A stretch of DNA of 64,000 nucleotides from contig NC_087444.1 of the NCBI RefSeq assembly GCF_036321535.1, forward strand, positions 69,068,001 through 69,132,000, given 5' to 3'. Of the stretch, positions 1 through 11,559 are shown one piece after another (within the stretch, counting starts at the first letter, position 1; each line of letters starts with the position of its first letter). The position numbers were made by a program, and so were the translations under genes. The DNA comes from Camelus dromedarius (lineage: Eukaryota). The notes beneath the pieces are model-generated. The model was not told where the DNA came from, did not search any database, and saw only the letters and a program-made list of their open reading frames with translations.

Positions 1-514
1 CGCCAGGCCATGGGTCCGGTCCCGAACAGCGGCTAGTAGAAGGGCTGCCCTAACCCTCTAGTCCTCCTTGGAATCAATTCCAGACCCCTCTTGCTTCTGC
101 ATCTGATCTCAGCCCTTGAGCCTCCCAGGAGTCAAGCCCAGACCATCTTTGCCAAATTGTTTGACAACCACTGGCCCAGGAGTTATCAGAGGAGCTGCCA
201 TGTACTTTCAGTCCCATCTGTGGTCTCACCCAGACTCCTCTCTTGCTCCCATGGCTGGCCCAAACTTCCAGTCCTCTCTGCTGTCTCACCCAGACTCTTG
301 CCACACAAGTTTGATGACCATAGCCACAGAGGTGGCAGACAGGCTGCCCTGACTTCCAGTCTTACCTGGGGTCTCACTCAGAGCCCTCTTGCTGTGACAA
401 CCCCCGCAGCTGACCCCCAAGCTCCTGGTCCTCTCTGAGATCTAGCCTAGATTTTTTTTCTTGATGTGGCAGCCCCAACACTGACTGCCCTCCTCGCCCC
501 CCCTTCCCCCCTAC

Positions 515-871
515 CTTGGTCTCAGCCAGGTAGTCAGCCGAGGACTTAAGCTGCCAGGGGTTAGTGGCATCAAGGTGGGGATTGCGCTTGAAGAAGTGGT
601 GGGCCTTGCGGGCTGCGTGCAGCAGGTGGGGCTTGGGCAGGCCCTGGGTCTCACAGATGTAGCGCACCTGGTCGTACTCATTGTTGCCCGGGTAGAGGGG
701 CCAGCCCAGGTGCAGCTCAGCCATGATGCAGCCCAGCGACCACACGTCCACCTTCTCACAGAAGGGCAGCCCCAGCAGAATCTCAGGGGCTCGGTAGAAG
801 CGTGACTGGATGTACGGCTCCTTCACATAGCGCACCTCACTGAATATACTGGCCGAGCCAAAGTCGATCAC
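515..871 (-). CDS. HIPK4: HIPK4 coding exon 2 (kinase subdomains VII-X)
   Basis: Encodes [34 protein letters not shown]...DYLAETK, with DFG and the HIPK4-type EPY activation loop. CAG acceptor at 874-872, GT donor at 514-513. 357 nt, phase 0/0. Later exons lie left of the window. Confidence 0.96.
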
Positions 872-1479
872 CTGAGCAGTGGGGAGGGAGGCACATGGGC
901 CAGGAGGGCCGATCTGAGTCTCCCTTGGCATCTCTCGCCAGGGTCTTCCTTCATCAGCCATCTGACTGTCACTGCGTCTGTGAGTCTTATCTCTTGTTAA
1001 TGCTCCTGTCCATCTCCTCCAGCCCTTGTCTCTGGTTTGCGTGTTTGTCTCTCTGTCTCTGTTTCTCTCCACTAGAACTTACACCCATTAGGGTCAGGAA
1101 TCCTCTCTCCTCTCTCACCTCACACTTTGGCCATCAGCCAATCTTGCTGATTCCTCCTGCTGTTCTGCCCACTCTGCATCCTATCCACGGCCCCACCCTG
1201 ATCCTGTCCTCTCATCCCCCTCCTGGACTAATGTAGGGGCCTCCTTGCCGGTTTCCCTGTTTCTCCCCTCCACCCCCACCTTCCAGTTTGCCCCTCACAT
1301 GCAGCCCGAGGGTCCCTGTGACCACCTGAGTCAGACAACCTCCCTCCCCTGCGCAGAATCTTCCTGTGGCTTTACCACATCCTGTGATAAAAGTCTTCAC
1401 CCAGGCCCACAAGCCTCCAACAATCTGCCCGGTCCCCTTGCCACCCTCACCCTCTCCCACCTTCCCCCTCACTCACCCA

Positions 1480-1900
1480 GCTCCAGCCTCATGGGCCTCT
1501 CGCTATTCCCTGAACAAGCCAGACACATTCCCAGCTCAGGGCCTTTGCACTGGCTGTTCCCTCTGCCTGGAATGCTCTTCCTCCAGATGTCCACATGGCT
1601 CCCTCTCTCACCTCAACTCTTTACTCAAATGTCACCTTCTCAGGGAAGTCTTTGCTAACCATCCTATCAAAAACAGCACAGCCCACCCTTTCTATCCACC
1701 CTGCTGGCCCTCTGCTTTTCTCCATAGCACTTAACGCCATTTCACATACTATATGCTACCTTTGTATGGAGTTCATTGTTTCTCTACTCAACTTGGACAT
1801 CAGTCCCATGAGGGCAGGGATTTTGTCTGTTCACTGCTGCATCCCTAGATACCTGAAAGAGCGCCTGGCACACAGCAGGGGCTCAGGAAAGAGTGAATGA
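1480..1900 (+). mobile_element. L2 LINE 3' fragment
   Basis: L2-type text (gggcctttgcactggctgttccctctgcctggaatgc ... cctggcacacagcagg) ending in the gaatgaatg tail. Boundaries approximate. Confidence 0.7.
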
Positions 1901-3356
1901 ATGGGCTTTTTTACCCCATCATGCTCTTTCTTTCTGTGTCTTCTTTGTCTCTCTCTTTTCTTTCTTTGCCTCTTCATCACTTGTCTGTCTCCCATCTCTC
2001 AGTCTCTCTCTCCATCTCTGTGTCACCTCCCTGAAGCCCAGGTTCTATTCTGTCTTCATCATCAAGCACTTAGTGACACCCCACACTGGCCCTTGGCACA
2101 TGCAGGTGCTGATGAACACCTGTTGCACTAACGTGGTGAATGCCGGAAGGTCCTTGTCTCTCCCGATGCCTCTCGGGGGAGCAATCTGCCATTTTCACTC
2201 TGAATCTCTGTGATCCTGTCTCAGTCCCTCCCTCGGGATCCCTCCTGGAATTTCTCTGCTTCTGATTCAGCCATCCCTCACCTTCTGTGTACAGAAGGCA
2301 GTGTGACAAAATGGTTATTAACCTGGACTCTGAACACAGACAGCTGAGGCCTGAATCTTAGAGAGCTTGAATGACCTGATCACTCAGTCCATTTTCATGG
2401 AATTCCTTCATTCATCCCACAAATGCAGCCAGGAGACCAGTGCTGGCCAGGTGTCATGGATCTGTCCTGTCTGTCTCCTGCTGTGTTTGTGAGAATCTCT
2501 GCTTCACTGGGTCTCTGTCCCTCCATCTACTGGGGCAGAATGATCTCCCTTTTCCTGTCTCAGTATCTCCCTGTATCTCTGCCATTCATTTAGCACTGAC
2601 TACACGACAGCACTAGGCTGGGAGATGCTGAGGAAACAGTGGTGACCTAAATGCTCCTGGCCCTGCCCTCACTATGCCCCTAGTTCAGACCCATCACCAG
2701 ATAGTAACAAACCCAAAAGCAGACAGAGGGGTCAGAGCCGGGATTGGGGAACCTAGGGACTTGTGACAGCACCGAGGAGGTGCCTGTGTGCCCAGCACAG
2801 GGTCAGGCCCAGAGCATGCATTCGGAAAAGGTTTATTGATGAACAAACTCAGGATGAAGCTGCCATCCTTCCAGTCGCTTAGGACAGCAGGCTTTCATCC
2901 TCCCTCAAGCCCTCTCCTCCTCTCTCACGCTTCACATAAGATTTACCAGCAAGTCTTGTTCCCAAATCTACCCAGAACTCACCCACATCTCCTCTTCTCA
3001 CTACCCTGTCACTGGTCCCACCCACCCATGTCTCCCACCTGGCCCACTTCTCAGTCACCCCTCACTGTCTTTCTGCTCCTGCCCCTTACGGGGGTCTTAG
3101 CTGAGCTAAGACCTGACAAGGATGGGGAGACCTCAGGTCTTGGAGGGAGACGATGTCAGAATTGGGATAGAGAGATGCAGAGGATTTCAGAGCCAGGAGG
3201 TGGGGAGAGGCATCAAGGCCAGGGAGGGAGACCTCAGGGCTGGGAGACAAGTGAGGGACAAGGGAGACTTCAGCGTCAGGAGAGCATCCAGGGCTGGGGG
3301 AATCTGGGAGAGGACAGGAACAAGGGACACTGCCACACCTGGGCAGTCGCACTCAC

Positions 3357-3821
3357 CTTGACCCTGAAGGGGCAGCGGGTCTGGTCTACCAGCATGATGT
3401 TCTCAGGCTTGAGATCGGCGTGGATGATGGCCAGCTCCTTGAGCCGGGCCAGGGCTCTGAGCACCTGCAAGGTGACCGTGCGGATGTGACGGGCGGGGAG
3501 GGGTGCGAAGTTGTTCTCCTTCTGGAATTCGAAAAGGTTTTGCTCCAGCAGCTCGAAGACCAGGTAGAACTTGAGGGCGTCGTGGAAGAAATCAAGGAAG
3601 CGGATGACGTGGGCCTCCTCCGGGTCCAGGCCCCTCATGCAGCGCAGCAGCTTCAGCTCGTTCTTGATGATGCGGCTGCGGTAGGCGTCGTTCTTCAGGA
3701 TCTTGATGGCCACCATCTCGCCAGTACTTCGCCTCCAGCCCTTGGCCACCTCCCCGAAGGTGCCCTTGCCCAACACCTCAATGATGTCGTAGCAGTCAGT
3801 CTCTGACTGGATGGTGGCCAT
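3357..3821 (-). CDS. HIPK4: HIPK4 coding exon 1 (kinase N-lobe and catalytic loop)
   Basis: ATG at 3821: MATIQSETDCYDIIEVLGKGTFGEVAK...VAIK...HADLKPEN...PFRVK. Donor AAG|GTGAGT at 3356. 465 nt, joins exon 2 in frame. Confidence 0.97.
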
Positions 3822-6265
3822 GGTGCCCCTGTCGCTGGACACTGCCCTGCCACCACCCCTGCCCCACGGGCTCTGCCTCCGGAGCCTCCTGCCCCGACGC
3901 CGGCCCTGAGGCTCCCCCAGTGGGGGAAAGAGAACTGCGCTCGTCCCTAGCCCTGTGAGGTTCACCCCTGCCTCCCTGGCAACCCCCAGACCTCTGGGCC
4001 ACACAGCGAGTCTGCCAGGGGCTGCACCCCTCCCCCCGAAGCCCTCCTGGCTTGGGACGAGGGGCCCCAGGCCCCCCCGAATGGGTTCCAGTGTTGCTGA
4101 GTGGCTCTGGTTCTGTTGTTGGAGACCCTCAGCCCACGCTGGAATGGGGGGTGGGGTGGCAAGTAGTGCCCCCTCCCCCATCCAGGGGCGGAACACTGGA
4201 GAGGCTGGGCAGGTGAAGGAGAGGAGAGTCTGATTGTGGACCTAGGGCAGAGAGGAATGGGACATTCCCAAACAGGTGGGGAGAGGCTGTCTTCCCAAGC
4301 TAGAGGATTTGTGTGTGTGTCTCTGCTCAGAAAACACTTGCCTCTGCCTGTGGCTGCCATGGGGTAGGTCTGACTGATATGGGACCAGGTTGCAAAAGGT
4401 CTTGAATGCCAGGCAAAGGAGCTTGGACTTTGTTCTGAGGGCAGTGGGGAGCCACAGAAGGACTTTGAGCAAGGGAGGGCAGGGTCAGATTGGAGCATCA
4501 AAGCTACTGTGTGAAGAAAAGTGGATTCGAGGAGGCAAGAGTGGAGGCCCAGAGCTTGCAGCAGGCTCAGGTGGGAGAAGTTGGCGGAGGTGGGGGAAGA
4601 GGCAGGTGGATGAGACACTCAGGAGGCCAGGAAGACAGGCCCTGCAACTGGCAGGTATGGGGGAAAAGAGGGAGCTGTGCAGGATAAGGCTCTGGCCTGG
4701 GTAACGATGGGATGGTTTCTTGAGACGTGAATAGGAATGGGGAGCAGTTTGGGGAAGAGGATGTTAGGAAATTTACATTGAAACATTTAAACACATGTTG
4801 AGGCCTTTAGAAGTCTTATCTGATCCTTACAACATACATCTTAAAATTGCCATTTTATTTTTTTTAATATTGCCATTTTATAGAAGAGAAAAGAGGCAAA
4901 AAAATGTTTAAATGCCTAAATCACCTAGCTGGGTGCCAGAGGCAGGTTTTGACGCTGAGCAGTCTGGCTTTAGAGCCAAGCTCTGAACCACCACCCCATA
5001 CAACCTCCCAGTATCCAGGAGACATCAAGGGGTGTGTGCAGAGGCCACTGGATGCCCCTGTGGACCCAGGAGGGAATTTGGGAACTGTCAGCACAGAAAT
5101 GAGGTCTGGGAGCCATGGGGAGGGTGACATGACCCAGGGAGGGTGTGGGTGTGGAGGGCCTGGGAGGAGCCCTGAGGGCCCAAGGGGTGTGAGGGGGAGA
5201 GAGGAGGGAAGAGAGAGAAGAGAGAGTTTTGGAAGGAGGAAGGAGCCCTGAGAAGTCAGGACACATGAGAGAGAAGCCCTGAGAGCTCATCGAGCCCACG
5301 GACTGATCAGCGGTGGTGAGAGGAAAAGCCCAAATGCTGGGAGCCTGGGCAGAGGGTGGACACGAGGAATGTAGGTCACTCCTGCCATGTTTGGTAGGGA
5401 TAAAGAGGAACATGTGGTGCAGGAGTGACCCAAGGGGGGCCGGCTTGAAGGGAGAAGGTGCTGGAGTAAGTGGGGCATCTGTGACCTCTCAGGGCACAGC
5501 CCTCCACCCTTTAGAGCGGGAAGGTGGAGATGTGATGAGGAGTGGAGGGGAAGCTATCAGGGGCCTCAGAGGAGATGTGGGACTAGAGAGCTTGTCTAGG
5601 GCATCTCAGAGAGACATGGGGGATGCTGGGGCTTAGATTCTGAGTGGGGATGGGTCCCTGGGGACTGAGTCCCAGCCCCAATAGGAGCTGCAGACCCTGG
5701 GACTTAGTCCCAAAAGGCAGCCGGGGGTCTGGGGTGGAGGTTCTGACCCCGTGATCCTGGAGAGGGGATCAGGAGGGGCCTTCCTGGGTGGGGCTGGGGT
5801 GAACCGGGCAGTCCAACCAGCCAGACAGGAAAGGGATGGGCCAGAATGCAGAAGTGCTCTTGGAGGTGACGAGGCGGCCAGCAGAGGGCAGGTACGGAGC
5901 AATTGTATGCCGCTCTCTTAGGGATCCTGGGGTAATCCTGGCAGGAGTGGGTCACCCATGACAGGCAGAGTCCCGGGCAGAGGGGTCCTACAGCTGTGCT
6001 CTGCTGGGGAACTTCCCGGCTCAGAGGACCCCGTGGGAATCCTGAAGGGCTAGGGCAGTCCCTCCCACCAGGCCCACCCCAGGGCCTCCTTGATTCTCCT
6101 CAGACCAGGGGTGACCTGCTTCCCTGTGCACAGGATCCCCTCAGGCCAAGTCCCCCCTCCTTAGGGACTCTCTCTGCACTCGCCCCCCCCACCCCCTCCA
6201 CTGTCCCGTCCCCCCAGTAAACACACTCACAGAGGAGACCTGACCCAACGCTACCTCTGGATTAT

Positions 6266-6271
6266 TTTATT
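6266..6271 (-). terminator. PRX: PRX polyadenylation signal AATAAA
   Basis: tttatt on + strand, about 180 nt past the PRX stop. Confidence 0.8.
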
Positions 6272-6450
6272 CACATGGTTTGGCAAGATACAGGCAGTCC
6301 TGCCAACGAGCTGGGCATGGCCTCCTCGCCCTGCCCTGGTCAGTCGCCCACCTCCCAGCCCTCTGAGGGTTAGTGCTAGTTATCTCACACACAAAACAAG
6401 GGGTCGGGGGGGGGGGAAACAGGAGGGGAGCCTCCCTCTGCCCAGGGCTT

Positions 6451-9400
6451 TCAGATGACTGCTGTCTGAGCCCCCTCCATCCTCGTGGGGCCTGGAGGCC
6501 CTGTCTCCGAAAACCCCACGCTGGGTATCCGGACCCTGAATCCACCCTCTTCCTGGTCCCCGCTCCCGCTGTGGGTCTTGGGGCTTAGGGACACCCGGGG
6601 GAAGCGGAACTTGGGTGACTTCTCCCCACCAGGGGACTTGGGGGCTGCCTCGCCCTCCTGTCCCCGAGATGCCTTGGAAGTGGTAGCCAGGCCCACGCGG
6701 GGCAATCGGACTCGGACGCGGCCTCGACGCCCCGAGGCCCCTTCCCCACCACCTTCCTCTTCCTCCTCCTCGGGACTGGGGGAGCCTTCCCTGGTGACTG
6801 CCTCACTCTGGCTGAAGCCCACACGGGGCAGCCTGAGTTTCGGGCTCTTGGCCTTCTCACCCTCCTCAACCCCCTCCTTGGCCCAAGCCAGGCCAAATCG
6901 GGGCAGTCGCACCTTGAGTTTGTGTCCGGCATCCCCCTCACCCTCTGCCACCTGGTACTCGGCATGGCTGCCCACTGCAGGCGGTGAGATCTCCACGTCG
7001 GGCAGTGAGAGGTGGAAGGTACGCTCGGCCCCTGGGGGCTGGTCCCCAGGCCCCCCTCCCCCAGCCCCAGCTTTAGCCCCCAGTGTGGGCATCTTCAGCC
7101 TCAGCCCACCCTCACCTGTGGCTGCCTCACCCACCTGCGCCTCTCGGTTCAGTCCCACATCCAGCTCAAGCTGGGGCACTGTCACAGCGGGCATCTTGAA
7201 GACACCCTCGCCCACCAATAGTTCACCACCTGCCCCCTGGGCTCCAGGTAGAGACAAGGTCACCTGAGGCACCTGGACCTTGAAGCCTGCTGTGCCCTCT
7301 GCTGGAGGGGCTGTACTTTCGGCCTGCTGCCCTGGGGTGGTACCTAAGCCAACATCCCCAAAGCCACTCAGCTCCACCTGGGGCAGGGAGATGCCCAGCG
7401 GCATTCTCAGTCCCCCATCCTGGCCCTCAGTGCCCACCTGCCTGGTTGTGGACACCTGCAGGCCTGATAGCCGTCCTCCACTGACAGCTACACCCTCTTC
7501 TGCCCCCCCTTCCTCCTGGGCCCCCAGGGTGACCAATTCCACCTCAGGGATCTTAAGCTGCCCAGCCGTGGACTCTGGCTTTTCCCCAGGGCTGACACGC
7601 CCACNNNNNNNNNNNNNNNNNNNNNNNNNNNNNNNNNNNNNNNNNNNNNNNNNNNNNNNNNNNNNNNNNNNNNNNNNNNNNNNNNNNNNNNNNNNNNNNN
7701 NNNNNNNNNNNNNNNNNNNNNNNNNNNNNNNNNNNNNNNNNNNNNNNNNNNNNNNNNNNNNNNNNNNNNNNNNNNNCCTGGGCCCCTTGAGCTTGACATC
7801 GGCCCCTGCCACCTCCACCTTGCCAGTGGGCAGATGGGCATCCAGGCTGACCTGTGGGATGGACAGATCGAGGGCAGGCAGCAGGCCTGCCTCCCCTGTC
7901 CCTTTGGCCTCTGCCTCGGTTCCCACCTTAGCCTTGGGGAGTGAGATGGAGAACTTGGACACCTTCTTGGCAGCTCTTCCAGCCCCCTCTGCCTCTGCCT
8001 TGGTCACCTTTGGCCCCGAGAGTCCAAACTTGGGCAGGGAGAACTTGGAGGAGTGCTTGACTTTCATCTCCATGACCTCTACTGGCCCTTCCTCAACCTC
8101 CACTGTGGGCATCTGTGGAGTGACAATCTCAACAGATGGCAACCGGAAAGCAATTTCGCTGACCCCTGCTGCCACCCCAGGGGCCTCTGCCCTCTCCACC
8201 TTGCCCACTTCGGCTACTGGGACCTGCCTCTCCAGGCTGAGGGCACCTGGCAGATCTAGTTCCACTGAGGGCAGTGTGAGAGAGGGGACACTCACACGAG
8301 CCTCACTGTCCACTTCTGGCTGTAAACAGGGAAGTGTCACCAGCTTCCCTGAGACCTCAGCCCCTGCCTCACCTGGCTTGCCTCTCGGTGGGGACCCTGC
8401 TCTCCCTAGCTTGGGCATGGTCATCTTGGGCATCTTGAAGCCAAATTCCATCCCCTCTGCCTGCTCTGCCCTGGCAGCTTTAAGCTGCACCTCTGGAGGC
8501 TTGGGCAGCTTCACCTCGGGTGCCTTCGGCAGCTGCACATCTGGGACTTTCGGCGCCTGCACTTCCGGCAATCGCATCTCTGACACCTTTGGGAGCTGCA
8601 CTTCTGGGAGGTGTACATCCGGCACGACCATCTCGGGCACCTTGGGGAGTTTGATCTCCGGAAGCTTCATCTCAGGGAGTTTCATCTCTGAGACTTTTGG
8701 CAGCTGCACCTCTGGGAGTCGCACTTCTGGCACAGCCACCTCGGGTACCTTCGGGAGTTTCACCTCAGGGAGTTTCATCTCAGGAACTTTCGGGAGCTGC
8801 ACTTCTGGGAGATGCACATCCGGCACGGCCATCTCGGGAACCGTCGGGAGTTTCATCTCTGAGACTTTTGGCAGCTGCACCTCCGGGAGTCGCACCTCTG
8901 GCACAGCCATCTCGGGCACTTTAGGCAGTTTCATCTCCGGCACTTTTGGGAGCTGCACTTCTGGGAGCTGCACATCCGGCACAGCCATCTCAGGCACCTT
9001 CGGGAGCTTCATTTCAGGGAATTTCATCTCGGGCACTTTTGGCAGTTTCATCTCCGGGACTTTCGGGAGCTGCACTTCTGGGAGCTGCACATCAGGTACA
9101 GCCATCTCCGGCACCTTTGGAAGTTTCACCTCAGGCACCTTCGGGAGTTTCATCTCAGGAACTTTTGGCAGCTGCACCTCTGGGAGCCTCACATCCGGCA
9201 CAGCCATCTCCGGCACCTTTGGGAGTTTCATCTCTGACACTTTTGGGAGCTCCACCTCTGGGAGTCGCACATCTGGAAGGGCTGCTTCTGGCATTTTTGG
9301 GAGCTTGACGTCCGGGGCCTTGGGGAGCTTCACCTCAGGTCCCTTGGGCACCTTGACCTCAGGCGGCGAGACCCCAATGCCAAAGGATGGCATCTTGATG

Positions 9401-10266
9401 GTGGGCAACTTCAGCTTGCTCTCAACGGCTTCAGGTGCAGTGGGCCGGGGTTCCAGGAGAGAAAGCCCAAAGGTGGGCATTCGAAGTTTTGGCCCCTTCA
9501 CCCTGGCCTCGGGGCTGGGCTTGGCCACCTTGGCCTCAGCAACTTCCTTTGCTCGAGCCCCAAAGCGGGGGAAACTGAGGCGGGGCATCTTAAGGGCCAC
9601 CTCAGGAGCCTCTGCTCGGGCCTCCACCTCTGCACCAGGCAAGGCCAGGTCCACCCTCACTGTAGGAGCCGCCACATCCAGGGTGGGCACTGTCACTGCC
9701 ACAGCCCCTTCCCGGGTCTCCAGGCAGGGAAGTGTGGGCAGAGCCGGTAGCGAGGGCAAGGTGGGCAGCTCCACTTGGGGGATCTGGATCCCTGCAGCCG
9801 CAAGCTCCACGGCAGGTGCAGCCGGGGCTCCTAGCCCAAGGGTTGGCAAGTGGAGGGCAAAGCCGCTGACTGCCTCTGCTGCGGGGGCTGAGACCTGGGG
9901 GACACCCACCTCGGCACCTGGGAGCCGGGGCGCAACCAACTCCACCTGGGGAGCTGTGAAACGTGCTCCTGCTGCCACCTCAGCCTCTGCTTTGGCCTTC
10001 CTTGGGGGAGGAGCGGCGGCGGCCAGCCGAGCTGCCTGGGCCTCTTCGGCCACTTCTCGGACACGCAGCCGAGGCAGCTGGAGGCGCCGGCGGGTGGGGG
10101 CAGCTGGGACAGGACCCTTGACAGCCTCAGCTTTGAGGCCTCGACGCAGACGGGAGAACTTGGGAAAGGAGAATTCGACGTCAACAGGGGCCAGGTCTGC
10201 AGGGGCCCCCAGGGCCCCGGGCATCACCATCTTCTTCTTCTTCACAGGGGACAGACTCTGGATGTT
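6451..10266 (-). CDS. PRX: PRX (periaxin) last coding exon: basic NLS, pentapeptide repeats, AHNAK-like and acidic regions
   Basis: Acceptor CAG|AAC at 10267/10266. [12 protein letters not shown]...[13 protein letters not shown] repeats...EEEEEE...[12 protein letters not shown] at 6453-6451. 1271 codons plus stop, counting through an N-run at 7605-7776. Confidence 0.97.
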   Translation of the reverse strand, partial: NIQSLSPVKKKKMVMPGALGAPADLAPVDVEFSFPKFSRLRRGLKAEAVKGPVPAAPTRRRLQLPRLRVREVAEEAQAARLAAAAPPPRKAKAEAEVAAGARFTAPQVELVAPRLPGAEVGVPQVSAPAAEAVSGFALHLPTLGLGAPAAPAVELAAAGIQIPQVELPTLPSLPALPTLPCLETREGAVAVTVPTLDVAAPTVRVDLALPGAEVEARAEAPEVALKMPRLSFPRFGARAKEVAEAKVAKPSPEARVKGPKLRMPTFGLSLLEPRPTAPEAVESKLKLPTIKMPSFGIGVSPPEVKVPKGPEVKLPKAPDVKLPKMPEAALPDVRLPEVELPKVSEMKLPKVPEMAVPDVRLPEVQLPKVPEMKLPKVPEVKLPKVPEMAVPDVQLPEVQLPKVPEMKLPKVPEMKFPEMKLPKVPEMAVPDVQLPEVQLPKVPEMKLPKVPEMAVPEVRLPEVQLPKVSEMKLPTVPEMAVPDVHLPEVQLPKVPEMKLPEVKLPKVPEVAVPEVRLPEVQLPKVSEMKLPEMKLPEIKLPKVPEMVVPDVHLPEVQLPKVSEMRLPEVQAPKVPDVQLPKAPEVKLPKPPEVQLKAARAEQAEGMEFGFKMPKMTMPKLGRAGSPPRGKPGEAGAEVSGKLVTLPCLQPEVDSEARVSVPSLTLPSVELDLPGALSLERQVPVAEVGKVERAEAPGVAAGVSEIAFRLPSVEIVTPQMPTVEVEEGPVEVMEMKVKHSSKFSLPKFGLSGPKVTKAEAEGAGRAAKKVSKFSISLPKAKVGTEAEAKGTGEAGLLPALDLSIPQVSLDAHLPTGKVEVAGADVKLKGPRXXXXXXXXXXXXXXXXXXXXXXXXXXXXXXXXXXXXXXXXXXXXXXXXXXXXXXXXXXGRVSPGEKPESTAGQLKIPEVELVTLGAQEEGGAEEGVAVSGGRLSGLQVSTTRQVGTEGQDGGLRMPLGISLPQVELSGFGDVGLGTTPGQQAESTAPPAEGTAGFKVQVPQVTLSLPGAQGAGGELLVGEGVFKMPAVTVPQLELDVGLNREAQVGEAATGEGGLRLKMPTLGAKAGAGGGGPGDQPPGAERTFHLSLPDVEISPPAVGSHAEYQVAEGEGDAGHKLKVRLPRFGLAWAKEGVEEGEKAKSPKLRLPRVGFSQSEAVTREGSPSPEEEEEEGGGEGASGRRGRVRVRLPRVGLATTSKASRGQEGEAAPKSPGGEKSPKFRFPRVSLSPKTHSGSGDQEEGGFRVRIPSVGFSETGPPGPTRMEGAQTAVI
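8490..9350 (-). repeat. PRX: Coding tandem repeat of periaxin (KLP/QLP/AVP pentapeptide-type units)
   Basis: Recurrent units such as [18 protein letters not shown] and [11 protein letters not shown] recurrences of gggagtttcatctc and ggcagctgcacctc. Confidence 0.9.
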
Positions 10267-10811
10267 CTGGGGAGAGAGGAGAGAGGCGGGAGGCGGTGGG
10301 ACAGTGGGAGGCCTGGGGTGGACAGGGGGAGCCCCACGTGGTATTGTACCATGCTGGGGGTGTGCTGGATTGAGCATCTTGTCCCCCAAACACCATCCCC
10401 CACTTTCTGCCTGTCATTTCACCATTACTGCCCCTAGAAGGCAAAGACTTTCCTTTAGAATCTAACAATCAACAGCAGTGTAGAAACTGGAACCCAAGAC
10501 TTCTAGCTCCTCATCCAGGATTTCCCCCAATACCCTCATTTTAGAGATAGGGAAACTGAGGCCCAAGAAGGGAAAGTAACGTGTCCAGGGTCACTCAGTA
10601 GTAAGAGAGCAGCACTCAGGCTTGAATCTGGCCTGTCTGGTCCAGAGTCCCCTGATTCAGGACCCCTGGTGAGGGTTTGATCTGGGCTGAGTGGGTCCCC
10701 CTCCCCAGGGAGGAGTTTAGGAACAAAGAAGAGGAGGCAGAGGGTGGGATTAGCACTAGGTTAGTGACAAGACAGAGGGCAAGGCTGGCCCACGGTGTGG
10801 GGCAGTGGGGT

Positions 10812-10874
10812 TCACGGCGCAGAGACGGGATTGCTGGGGCAGTCCAGGGCCAGGACCGGGCTAAGCACGCGTAC
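10812..10874 (-). CDS. PRX: S-periaxin C-terminus from retention of the last PRX intron
   Basis: Read-through gives [20 protein letters not shown], matching the recalled short-isoform tail. Confidence 0.8.
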   Translation of the reverse strand, partial: VRVLSPVLALDCPSNPVSAP

Positions 10875-11071
10875 CAGCTTGGCCACCTTGGCCCGAGGGC
10901 CCTTGATCTCGTAGCCGGCCACGGTCCCAGGCCGCAGCGCCAGATCCCCAGTGGGCACAGTGCGCTTCAGGCAGAAGGAGACCTTGTAAGGTTCGGCGCA
11001 TTGCAGCAGGCGTAGTGCGTCCTCGTACTTGAAGTTGTCGAAGAACACGCGGGCGCTCAGCAGCTGGTCCC
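10875..11071 (-). CDS. PRX: PRX coding exon (PDZ domain C-terminal half)
   Basis: (G)[37 protein letters not shown]...AKVAKL. CAG acceptor at 11074-11072, GT donor at 10874. 197 nt. Confidence 0.96.
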
Positions 11072-11403
11072 CTGCAGGCCAGGTGGAGGTGGGCAGGGCG
11101 TGGGCATCTCTTGGCTCCGCCCAGGCCTGGTTCCGACCCCACTTCCCTGGAGCCAGTACAGCGAGGCACCGCCCAAAGATTTGGCCCCGCCTATACCCGA
11201 GCACAGGATTGAGATTCAAAGTTCCTCCCTGTTTGAGGTTCTGACACTTAAGAATAAAACCACGCCCCATTGCCTTAGCCCCGCCTCCTTCACAGACCCT
11301 TCAGGCCACGCCCCTCCCCTTCTCACTCCCCTCCCCTATCCTCACATTTCTGATACTAACTTAGCTTGTTTCATTGAGAACAGAATCAGAAGATAACTTC
11401 CAG

Positions 11404-11519
11404 GGAGGAGGGTATAGCTCAATGGTAGAGCGCATGCTTAGCATTCACAAGGTCTTGGGTTCAATCCCAGTACCTCCATCAAAAGTAAATAAGTAAACCT
11501 AATTACCTCACCCCACAAA
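11404..11519 (+). mobile_element. tRNA-Ala-derived SINE (Vic-1-like) with TSD
   Basis: ggagggtatagctcaatggtagagcgcatgcttagc...ggttcaatccc, A-rich tail, flanked by aagataacttccag on both sides. Confidence 0.88.
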
Positions 11520-11559
11520 AAGATAACTTCCAGAAGCTCCCACCCCATTATTCACCCCC

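Noticed and set aside
3822-4196. In-frame 125-aa upstream extension of the HIPK4 ORF
   Set aside because: GC-rich low-information sequence. Its ATG probably lies upstream of the expected TSS, and homology begins at MATIQSETD.
7280-10465. 1061-aa Ser/Thr/Gly-rich ORF antisense to the PRX last exon
   Set aside because: Shadow frame. Stops in this register need a Tyr codon, or a His/Gln codon after a T-ending codon, on the PRX strand. This exon has almost no Tyr and is repetitive, so the frame stays open by composition.
11404-11478. tRNA-Ala-like sequences as functional tRNA genes
   Set aside because: Many substitutions, A-rich tails and TSDs show they are SINE copies.
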